DNA of 64,000 bases, from positions 62,001-126,000 of the forward strand of contig JAQGDQ010000073.1 in assembly GCA_030141605.1 (NCBI GenBank), in the 5' to 3' direction. This document shows, piece after piece, positions 53,753 to 64,000 of this stretch (positions within the stretch are counted from its first letter, which is position 1; every line of letters starts with the position of its first letter). Source of the stretch: Tubiluchus corallicola. Its lineage: Eukaryota > Animalia > Priapulida. The notes beneath the pieces are model-generated. The model had not been told where the DNA came from. It searched no databases and saw only the letters and a list, made by a program, of their open reading frames with translations. Both the position numbers and the translations under genes were made by a program.

Positions 53753-56700
53753 TCTAATGAGTAATTTTTTATATTGCTTACACTTGTACTTGCTTACATA
53801 ATACTTACTATAAGTGGCTTGCTTTATTAATCCTGAATTTCAAGTTTTCCAAGTAATATATGTGCACATTAATTATGTACACTCTTTACCTATGTTCCTT
53901 AAATGTGGATGTGAAGTATTAGTATTAGTTGTATAATTTTGCACGTCTGGACTAAATTTTCGTACATATAAGCATAAAGAGCACTACATGCAAAGGGATT
54001 AGTTATGTTGTACTATATTAAAAACGAGTTATTAGGTTGTTCAACTTGCACAATAGGTAATGCTCTTTGAGCACTCTGACTTAAATGCATTTATTTTTAT
54101 CCAAAACATTCTCGTTTTTGCTACCCTTTGAATATTTATTCTAGTCTAGATTGCAATTTCTTATTTTTCATGTATACTCATACGAATTTGAACCACTTTG
54201 ATTAAACCGAGTATGGAAACATGACTTAGCTAGAACTGTGTGTGTTTATAAGTGATCCGGTTATACTATTATGATAGTGTAAAAATGATGAGGAAATTGT
54301 CTTGACGTCTTGGTTTGAGTGAGTATTGCTATAGCAGTGTTTCGAAGGTATTAGTGATTACTTAATTTTGCTTGTCTAAAACTCTATGTTGCACTTACAA
54401 TCTTGTGCGTTTGTCCACAGAATGAACAGTGATTGTGTAACTATGAGATATACAGATTTGTATAATGTATGCCATAACTACTATGGCATATAGAAAATTA
54501 AACTATTGTTTTTATTACATATGTATGGTTTAGGCCTATGCATTTAACCGTGTTTTTGTGAAATGTCATTTCTGTTTTGATATGTATGAAGTGCACTTCT
54601 ACTATGTGATGTAATAATGTTATAGGTGTATGTAATTTGCATGAAATTTTGATACACCAGCTTAAGGCGATTTCAATATTAATTGCCTGTAAAGCTAGAA
54701 AAAAACTAGATACGAATTGTAAATTCAAGTAGATGAATTGTGTTGTAGCAAAATATTTTATTCATGTGTGAAGGAGTGTGACAGATAGATAGATTTAAGC
54801 AAGTGTGAACTAATAGAATTTTTACGTATGAAATCAGTTTAAAATCGAAAGTTTTTTATCAATAATCTTTTTCGGTAATGTAGTGTAAAATTATTTCTTG
54901 TGTATAATAGAGTGCTTATTTTTTGTTGCCGTGGGAATGCCTCACCATTGTTGTGCAATAAATTTTATTTTTTAACAATAAATTTTTTAAATCGGGACCT
55001 AAATAGTATATGATAGATGATTGAAAGTATGATAGCCTATTTGTTCATATAATGGGTCTGCATCTGTCTGTCTTTTTATCAATCGATAACTTACAAAGGG
55101 CAGTGGCAACAAACTTGGACAAGTTCCTTGGCCATAAGCCTGCCTTTCCTGGCAGAAATGGGTGTATCTTACAAGGTGAGTTCACAGAATTAGTGAGGTT
55201 AAAATTGGACTCTTTGTATACAAGGTGAATTGTGTATTATATCAAACAAAAATCTATGAAAAGAGGAGTTTAAATGTAATCATTGGTCATTTCATGATCA
55301 TCGAAAGAAAAACTTCTTTAAGCTGGTAATTTGTTAACAATTTTCACCTTAAAGTACTTTACATCTGACACACAAATAGAAATTACAGGTTTTTGATAAA
55401 GGTCTCAGGCTTGCAAATGAAATTGGTGAAGTTAAAATGGCTTGCAATGTCAATGTGTCATATGAAAACCTGTGACAGTTCAAAGAACTGTAGTGTCTCA
55501 GGGAACAAAAGGACAGAGGTCAAACATTATGCTTTATTTATACAGTATCCCCAATGCAGAAGTGGAAATCCGACCAGAGATGACTTCTAGTTTTCAGTGT
55601 GCACTAGTACTTGAGTGCAGAGTATAGGCCAGAATGTTGCCAAGCTGCAATCTGCTTGTGCACAAATGTACAAGCTTTTACAAAGCATCATCCATTAAGT
55701 GTGGTGGAAGCAATCAGATACAGTAACTGTTCAAACACCCAATGTAAACATAATTTGAAAATTACAGAAAATATGTTATTTTTATTCTAATAACGTAATA
55801 TAGGTTCAAAGTTTGACAGCATGTTATTATAAGACAAGAAATTATTATAACACCACAATGGGTGTTTACTGCAATTTGAGACAACAAGTTGACCTGCATA
55901 ACCCAAACGAGGTAAACTTACCTGGCCTGTATTTTTAAACATTCATAATCTCTGCTTTAAAAATTCTTGTCGTCATAGTTTAACTTATCCAATAGTTACG
56001 TTTGCATTGTTTGCTTGATAACAAAGTAAAATAGACAATATACACATAGACTGCAAAACATAAATTTTGTCCAAAGAATTGACTAAGATGATTTTGACTG
56101 ATTGATGTAATGTCTAACATGCAAGCTCAGCAAAACAAATACCACAGCAAACCTTATATGTTGTTAAAGTCAAAATGGTGGGATCTTTCAAAATTTTTTA
56201 AAATGCCTGTCTAGTGATCAGAGGAAGTTGCATTGTTGCAGTTAATAGAACTACTGGATGTTAATGATCGAAACATCAAATTAAATGATTTTGATAAAGG
56301 CAAATCTGATTTTGACCTCAAAGATGCACTGCAGTGACTCATACCCTTTTATTTGTACATTTAATTTAATATCAAACAAATAATTAGATCTGCATACCTG
56401 TAACACACTTGAAAATGCCCACAATATGTAACAAGGTATATTATATTTCAATATTTAGCTATCAATGTAAAATGATTTTCTCACAGACTGGTTGCCAAGA
56501 TAAGTTTTAACCTTAGCAATGGTACTGATAGCAAGGTTTGATTGTTTACCTTAGCAACGGTACCGATAACTAGATTAGATTGGAAAATGTTTGAGCAAAA
56601 CTTAGCTGTTATGATTATATAATCATGAAACTTGTTTAAACGTTTATGAACAGTTCAAATTACATGGGTGTTAATAATGCTATAAAGCTGATATCTTCAT

Positions 56701-57884
56701 ACAGTAAAATAAACAATAGCATAAAGACAGAACGCATCTACTGTTAACTTGAGTGAGACTATAAAATACACACAAGCACCATACAAAAATAGATTACAAT
56801 AATTATCTACATATGCCACCCAACAATTTAGTTTTTCCTTTCTACCTTTTTACCACAGAATCTCAATATTCAGATCATAAAAATACATTTAGCTGCCAAT
56901 AACAAAAACACACTGTATAAAATTGATTTCCTCCTCCCGGACACATCATGATCTGTTAATATCACAACATTGCAATTTCCATGGCACAGGCAAGGAATGC
57001 CAAGGATTGTGTTTTTTCTAGATATACTACATATAATATAGTTTTTCTACTGAAAGTAAGTAGGTCCCCACAAATAGTCATCTCAGAAGTTCTGAGATGT
57101 GCTGATATATAAACAAGAACATCTGTAGTAAGAAGGAGTTTATGTGACAAACTCTACCATACTAGTCTATTTCCATAAATTTGTCCACCTGGTCATGCAG
57201 AAAGATAAACTATATACACCATGCAAATAGCAAGATTTATTTTGAATGTATCAAAGCAATTTTTCTTTCCTGATTTCTTTGTCCAATGTTCGAGGGATCT
57301 AACTCAAAATTTCCCACTTTACCAGTATTGCAGTTTTAATTTAATATTTATAAACAATTCATCTTACACAAATTCAGCTGAAAAGGTAATTCAAACAACT
57401 GACTTTTCATAAGACCCTCAATAACTTTCCAGTCAAAGAAATGAAAGAGTTAACAGGTAGACTTCTCCTTTTAAAGTTTTTATAACTTGAATTATATGAT
57501 AAGTGTAAATAAAACGGACCTGCATACATTATTGCAAAAATTAGCACGGTACATTTTGGAGTTAGCTTGGAGAAAAAGAAACAGTTTCATTATTAAAGTT
57601 TCTATAACTTGTCGTGATTCCAAATACTATCAGATATAAATGCTGATGGTCCTTTTACATGAGCATTCAGAAGAGTGGTTTGCCAAATTTCGTTATGAAT
57701 GAAGCTGGCGGGGGGTCTGTCACCTAGGGCGATTGAGCATTTCAAAAAGAAGTTTACTAAATTTCATTAGGACAAAACTAAAATAAAACATGGTGTTTTG
57801 TTATTCTATAAAATAACTAACATTACTCAAACACCATAAGTTCCTGGAAATCAAACAGAAATATAACTCATTTCATAATTTCCA

Positions 57885-58949
57885 CTACCACATAAACCGT
57901 TGTACTCCGCTAATACCCTCCACCTCAAATGGTTTCTCTAAGAACATCCTGAGAGTAAAAAAATTAACAACAAAATATGTCACAAACTCTACACAAAGTT
58001 TAATGGCACTGAAAGAGCGGGAATGCAGACGGAAAAAGAGATACGGAATAACAAAATAACGCATTTCCAAGAGATGGTGTGGTACAGACGACAACAGACA
58101 AGTCATAACAAACAACAGTTTCCAAGGCAACGTTTGATGATGTAAGCGCATGTAGCATGTCCACAAGGAAAAGACATAAGCAGGAATGAGGAAATACTTG
58201 ATTAATTCATGTCGCTGAAACACTCTTTGCCATAGGTAGAATGTATAATGGCGGTTATCGGAGAGTGTATAAGGATGAACATAGGTGCAGAAATAGATGG
58301 CTGGCACCATCAGGCATCCAAATACAACAAAGACAAGCATATGCTTTTTTAATAGGTGCAAAAAGTGAGCTATGGTATGGTAGGACATTGTGTACGGAAA
58401 TGCAAAAAGTGTCATGAAAGCAAGAAGATAGAAAAATTGTGGCATGTGAAAAACTGGGACATGGGATGTTTTGTCTCCCAAAGCTAAACCTTCGTTTACA
58501 ATAACAAAAGCAACAAATCCACCTAATACTAACATGTATGGCCAACCTACATATAACATCTGACTAACAATACCACAAAATCCTTTTTTTGGATTTGACA
58601 GTGTATTTCTAATGGCTGAGTCTAGCTCGTTAAAAAACTCTTTTTCATTTAATTGTTTACCATTATCCTTGTCCATACTCGTTGAACATTGCATGTAACT
58701 CAGCGCTTGATGTATGGTGGCAGTACCAGCTGTAAACAGAACCCAGGTGATGCTGGTCTGTCTCATCAAAATAGCAAAGCTTCCCATGACGGCTGCCATA
58801 AAGTTGTTATTGTACAAACTCAGCAGGTACATTAGGAGAATGAAATAGGTCGCACTGGCATCAGTGTAGTACAAAAACGAGAAAAAGTACAGCGTGGGAA
58901 AAATGGCTAAGTTAAGTGCCAATAGAAGACCCTTGATGGTTGAAAAATC
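57885..58949 (-). CDS. ALG10: Dol-P-Glc alpha-1,2-glucosyltransferase, exon 3
   Basis: tttacag|GAT; FPTLYFFSFLYYTD, RQT, GDKTSH, HPYTLSDNRHYTFYLW, LLEMRYF and terminal QRFMW motifs of DIE2/ALG10. Confidence 0.96.
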   Translation of the reverse strand, partial: DFSTIKGLLLALNLAIFPTLYFFSFLYYTDASATYFILLMYLLSLYNNNFMAAVMGSFAILMRQTSITWVLFTAGTATIHQALSYMQCSTSMDKDNGKQLNEKEFFNELDSAIRNTLSNPKKGFCGIVSQMLYVGWPYMLVLGGFVAFVIVNEGLALGDKTSHVPVFHMPQFFYLLAFMTLFAFPYTMSYHTIAHFLHLLKKHMLVFVVFGCLMVPAIYFCTYVHPYTLSDNRHYTFYLWQRVFQRHELIKYFLIPAYVFSLWTCYMRLHHQTLPWKLLFVMTCLLSSVPHHLLEMRYFVIPYLFFRLHSRSFSAIKLCVEFVTYFVVNFFTLRMFLEKPFEVEGISGVQRFMW

Positions 58950-59349
58950 CTGTAAAGTATAAAAAATGTTTAACTGCTGTCTCAGTGTCATCAGTCGGAT
59001 GGAAGCAATGTAAGAAAGGAGATTTATAATGTCAGTTCTTGACTTCTTGCCCTTTAAACATCCACAAAAAAGAATTCAACTGAAGACACAAAGTCAACAA
59101 GTAGGTGGCAACACTACTGTGTGTCTAATAAGTTGAATTTATGGTTTCATTGTACAAAATCTGAATCACCTACATTTTTATCCTCTCGACAGATATTTTG
59201 TGTTATAAATATTGTTTGTTAACTAATACAACTTATTAACTTTGTATGAATTTTTTATTTAACGATTTTCTATAACTTGCATACTACTACGATGCAAGGT
59301 CATATAAGAGGATAAAAAACTGAAGAGATTAGCCAAAATTGTTACTTGC

Positions 59350-59547
59350 CCTGGATTTTGAATGCAGTTTCCAGACGATACAGCACAGCAGGTACAGGTT
59401 ACCAACAGCAAACAGCACATTGCACAGTCGAAGCCACAATGGTGAACAGAACTCCATGTCTTCAGATTTGAAGAAGTATGCCATTGGCTTCATCAGACCA
59501 ACAGACACAAGATACAATCCCGGAGGTGTTGTTATCATAGGGTCCCA
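59350..59547 (-). CDS. ALG10: ALG10 exon 2
   Basis: ttttcag|TGG GAC CCT; WDPMITTPPGLY; ends AGG|gcaagt (GC donor, phase 0). Confidence 0.92.
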
Positions 59548-61371
59548 CTGAAAATAAAAACTACTATTCCATTATTACCATCAACATTGTCCATATCACT
59601 ACTGCTAGTGTTACTGTTACTCAGTTTGGTATTTTGCAGTCAAGGCAGTCAAAGATCTAGCACTTAATGGCAAGGCCAAACTTAATATAGATTCTAGATA
59701 GGTATGACAGGACTGCAATCTATCTTACTGCCAAGGAAAATCCTCTAAGATGAGAGAAAGAACTGGATTAAAAACATCCTCCTTCAAAGGCATAAATAGC
59801 TGGGGAAGGGACTGCATACAGCTGTTTTCTAGGCAGTAACTGATCTATTTACTAACATGGCTTGGTGTTGCTTAACTAGTTGCTAATACTAATGAATTCC
59901 TTGCTGCTACTATTGCCACTGCTACTACTATTTCGTACAATTTACTACAAGAAGATTTGTATAATTACTGTTAAACGCAAAAACATAAATACACACGGAT
60001 GCCCAGATAGGGGTTTATAAGGTCTGCTTCCTCTCAAAGGTATACGAAAAAAACATAAACAGGCATATGGGGCATAGGAAACAGGACAATTAACAGTGCA
60101 AATATGTCTTTAAAATGGTTCACTAAGCTCACTCGTTACAATAAATTTGAATAAACCTCAACGTTATATTAAAATAACAACACTGTTTAAGCCAAATAGG
60201 AATAGTCCAGTACAACTAGGAAAAGCTAAAGTGCTCAAACTACATATGCATATATTTGCCAACACAATATTTCACGTTAAATATCACATGACATTTGCAC
60301 TATGTATACATTCATGACCTTACATAATTACTTAACGTACATTACGTTACATAACATTTTACGCTTGCTATTTTAGATATATAAATTTTTATATTATATT
60401 AGATATTGGATTTTAGACAGCTTTGGGATGAATGTGAGTTCAGATGTATAGGGGCCTGCAAATAGTCATTTAAATAATAGCTTGGTTGCGATATCCCACA
60501 ACTACATAATTTCAACCATTTTAACTAGATCAGGGAAGGAGGTAGATAAAAGTAGAGTTTGTGTAATTATTGTCAGATGCATATGTTGGAATTTGAAGCC
60601 TGTTATAGTGATATTCCTCTAGTTTCGTTTTGAAATGGGAAGATGTTTCATTTCATACATAGAGTTATTTCCAAATTTATTGTTCACTCTAATTTGCTTT
60701 AAATTGTGTGTTCCATTGCTTAAAGCGGTATCAGAAATGAATGATAATGAGTTGTTTTAGTTTATTGGAACGTGAAATGAAGTCACATTACAAAAATGTC
60801 TTCTTCTTCTTCGTGATAATGCGTTAACTTCATCAAATTGAAGGCTACACATAGCAGTGCTCTCAGCTTGTGAATGTCGTGCTAGCGAGAAACTTTAACC
60901 AGTGCAAATAAAAATAGTTTACAGTGAAGGCAGTAATGTCCCCAATCTCCGCAAGGTAGGGACGCCACACCCTACACCGCATTCAACAGGCGGTGGAGTA
61001 CCTTAATCCTATGTGAAACGAAATCTCGGTACAACAGTTTAAGCTTCACACCAGTAACTAGCAACTTGTCAATACAGCTACTACTTCACGAGTTATCTAA
61101 GAACAGCACCAAATTAGATATTAAGATGTTAAAGACCATAAGGTATTTTAAATAAATACGGCAAACGTGTATGACAATTCTGTGACACATCATGCAACAA
61201 AAACCAAAAAAGTTATAAATAAAATAATATAAATATTCACCGGCGATGTAACTCAAAGGTAGCGCATAAGTGAGTCTTAAAGAACTTTATTCATTGGTAC
61301 CTATCTATATTATTAAACAATACTTAATAATAATAGTAATACTATATTGTTTATAGGTTCAGGTGCTTTAC

Positions 61372-61548
61372 CGACGAGAAGTTTCCCTCACAGTAAGCTT
61401 GAGCTTGTGGTATATGAAAAATTTCATCCATATACGGCTCTGGTTGCTCTTGACTTATTTTAGTTAAAATAGTTACAGTTAGGCCAAAGAAAAGACCACA
61501 TATTTCCAAAAAAAATAAAGCGGCACCACTCATCACGGAAGACGACAT
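61372..61548 (-). CDS. ALG10: ALG10 exon 1
   Basis: EPYMDEIFHIPQAQAYCEG signature; donor TCG|gtaaag. An alternative ATG lies at 61533. Exons total 1440 nt (479 aa plus stop). Confidence 0.94.
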
Positions 61549-61594
61549 CTTGAAAGTCGACAAGCGGAAACTTTTCAGATATATTGTTTCATCT

Positions 61595-61740
61595 GTTCAG
61601 TTCAGTTCAGTTCCAGGCCTCATCATCTTAGGTGCTTCCGTCATGTAACACAGCATCGCTAACGATTTGATACCATGCTCCCCGATCTGCTGCAACATGC
61701 CAACTATTCACGTCATTTAAGTCAAATGGAATGGAGTATT
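61595..61740 (-). mobile_element. RTE-type LINE 3' end with (AACTG)n tail
   Basis: Minus strand reads HVAADRGAWY, then a short UTR and GAACTGAACTGAACTGAAC. Confidence 0.5.
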
Positions 61741-62975
61741 TAATAAGTCTTTCTTCAGAACATCTAAATATGTGGTAAATATACCACACACTCAAGTTTA
61801 CTGTGAGGGGAAACTTTTCATCTCGAAAACACTCGGTAACGACGGTAAGGCAATTGAACCTAGTGTTATTATTAATTTAATAATGTTAGATTATCATCAA
61901 GCTTTTTTAAAAAAACGTTAAAATTCAAATTTTCCGGGGCCCAATCCTTTTTGTTTCCGCAGATTTTTGCTTGTATCCATAGATATTTATATGTACTACG
62001 TAATATTATAATCTATGTTTGTACCTAAAATTAAATTAAATTCAACATGCCTGAAGAAAAGACACTTAACTCACATAAATTTCGCAAAGTTTTGTCACTA
62101 TTATCACGAATTATAATGAGTAATATTTTACCCATATCAATATTTTGAAATAAACACAATTATTCAATTATCATCAGAAACCCTTCCCAGGAGACCTTTC
62201 ATTTTTGTAGAGTGAGCACTATGCAAGAACTTGCTCCTAATTCTTAACTCTGAACCACATTTGCATTTTCTATCTTTTGCTTATTTTTTACATTTTTGAG
62301 ATAACTGCTACACATAAAATATGACTTAAGTAAAAAGTTTCGCCTTGTGCTACAATGTCAACTATAACAATAACAGTACCTTTTAAACGTGATAATATGC
62401 TTCTAACAGCTTGTGCCAAAAAATTTCAGGAATGACATTTAGTCCATATGGTAGCCTCAGCTACCTGAATCTGCCAAAATGAGGTTTTGGATGTGGTAAG
62501 TTTGCTATTCATATCATTTAACAGAAAATGCCAGTATCCTGATATCCTGATTTTAAGCATAATTTTCAAATTCTGTTGGCTTTCCTAACTCGTGAGCGTG
62601 GAATTCTAGTACTGGTATGTTGTTGTTTATGCAGTAATCTAAGATGAGATCCTGATCTTAGAACACATAAATGTAAGTTTTAATGATTAAAAGTTAGCAA
62701 TGTTATTCTTGAGGTTTATGTCTTCTTGTGAATGTATGTATCCTATTCTTCTATAGACCTTCTTCGTATAAATACTTTATTGTTCGGCACATGGTGATAT
62801 TGTATATACCATATATATCCAACATTATAAGTTATAAGAGCAATACACCCAAAAAAGATATAATTCCTCCAACTTTTGTATAAGAATTGATGCCTTTGAC
62901 AGAAGGTGATCATTATGAGTATTTGTGATGATTTCAGAAAATAATGGATTTTCAATAAACCGTATCTGTAAGTAT

Positions 62976-63372
62976 TAGGGATGAGCATTCTTTACTAGAA
63001 AGCGGATTTGATTCAAATCGAATTTTGTGACTTTTAGTATTTCAAATTATAATCAAATTCAAATTGAGTTTGAAAGATTTTCAAACAAATGTTTGAACCA
63101 CTAGTAAAAAGTGGTCTTACAAAGATCATGCATATTGTTTGATTTTGTTCTGTAGTAAAATCACTATTAGTTTGCTAAAAATTTTGCACAGAAACTGCAG
63201 CTAAATTGTGCTAATTGTACCGTTTCAGACATTTTAATGATAAAGAACGTATGTGACTGAAATACTGAATTACTTTAATCTATAATTTTAGGTTCGAATC
63301 GAATTCGAACTAAACAAACTTGTTCGAATAAAATTCGAACGTTCCAACTCGAACGTTTGATGCTCTCCCCTA
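62976..63372 (+). mobile_element. Full-length hAT-superfamily MITE (~397 bp)
   Basis: TIRs TAGGGATGAGCAT / ATGCTCTCCCCTA with an Ac-like TAGGGATG end; 8-bp TSD GTAAGTAT/GTAAGTAG (7/8 match); subterminal TTCGAA repeats. Confidence 0.85.
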
Positions 63373-64000
63373 GTAAGTAGTTTAAGCAAACGAGAAATGG
63401 AAAATACCACAAAATTACTGGTCACTAATTTCAAAATTTTATGAACATTTTGTTGAATTTTAAAATGATATTACTATCACTATTATTGACTGAGGTCGAT
63501 TATAATAATTTATTATGTTGCCCACAGAAAAACAATTTCTGTACTGAAATGTGATGTTTTTTCATTTCTTAGCTGTACTTAGCTAGAATGGAAAAAATTT
63601 TTGATACCATACAAATTAAAAAATTTGTTTGTGACCGCTACCATGACTACTAGCTATCGCGGCACTGAGGAGATTTATAAATGTAAAGAGTCGAGCAAGT
63701 GCTCCCAGAGAATGGCGCTGTTTTGAGTCAAATTCTAATAATGCGATAGATGCGTCAACGTGGTAGTCCTTGGCGCGAAAATGGTAGCTTACTGTATTGG
63801 TAAGTGATTTGTTGGGAGCCGTTTGGACCACTGCGCCAAGTAGACCACTTGATGCGCTAAAAGTAGTGTCCTACATGGGCAGCCCAAGTAGGACACTAGC
63901 GATTTTTGTCGAGAAACTTGCTCTGGCAAAACTTGTTTCCAGTTTATATTACCATTGTTTATAAGTATTGTTATGACATAATAAAGCATAAAACAAAATT

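Noticed and set aside
54220-54260. SECIS-like ATGA..AA..TGAT in the MCT 3' UTR
   Set aside because: Helix II does not pair in the required register.
63616-63989. Short ORFs and GTAAG donors at the right edge
   Set aside because: No recognisable protein motif; may be the start of a neighbouring gene but cannot be supported from this window.

Overview
AT-rich, intron-containing animal DNA, probably from an invertebrate; nothing prokaryotic and no CRISPR. Four protein-coding genes can be built with phase-consistent splice sites. (1) A PRRT3/PRRT4-like multi-TM protein (-, 195-1727, possibly spliced onward past the left edge). (2) An ASB3-like ankyrin/SOCS-box gene (-, 6 exons, 22246-29311, ~592 aa). 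(3) An SLC16/MCT-family transporter (+, 5 exons, 45285-53752, ~816 aa) with a very long C-terminal tail. (4) ALG10 (-, 3 exons, 57885-61548, ~479 aa, one GC-AG intron). The rest is intron and intergenic DNA with decayed CR1/L2 and RTE LINEs, hAT- and CACTA-type MITEs, tandem repeats and microsatellites. The best leads are an inverted Penelope-type terminus with two degenerate minimal hammerhead cores, a perfect 33-bp intronic hairpin that looks template-switch-born, an in-frame uORF whose TGA abuts the MCT ATG, and a decayed C-type lectin gene. I see no clear new multi-gene system. All assignments come from reading the sequence; no searches were run.
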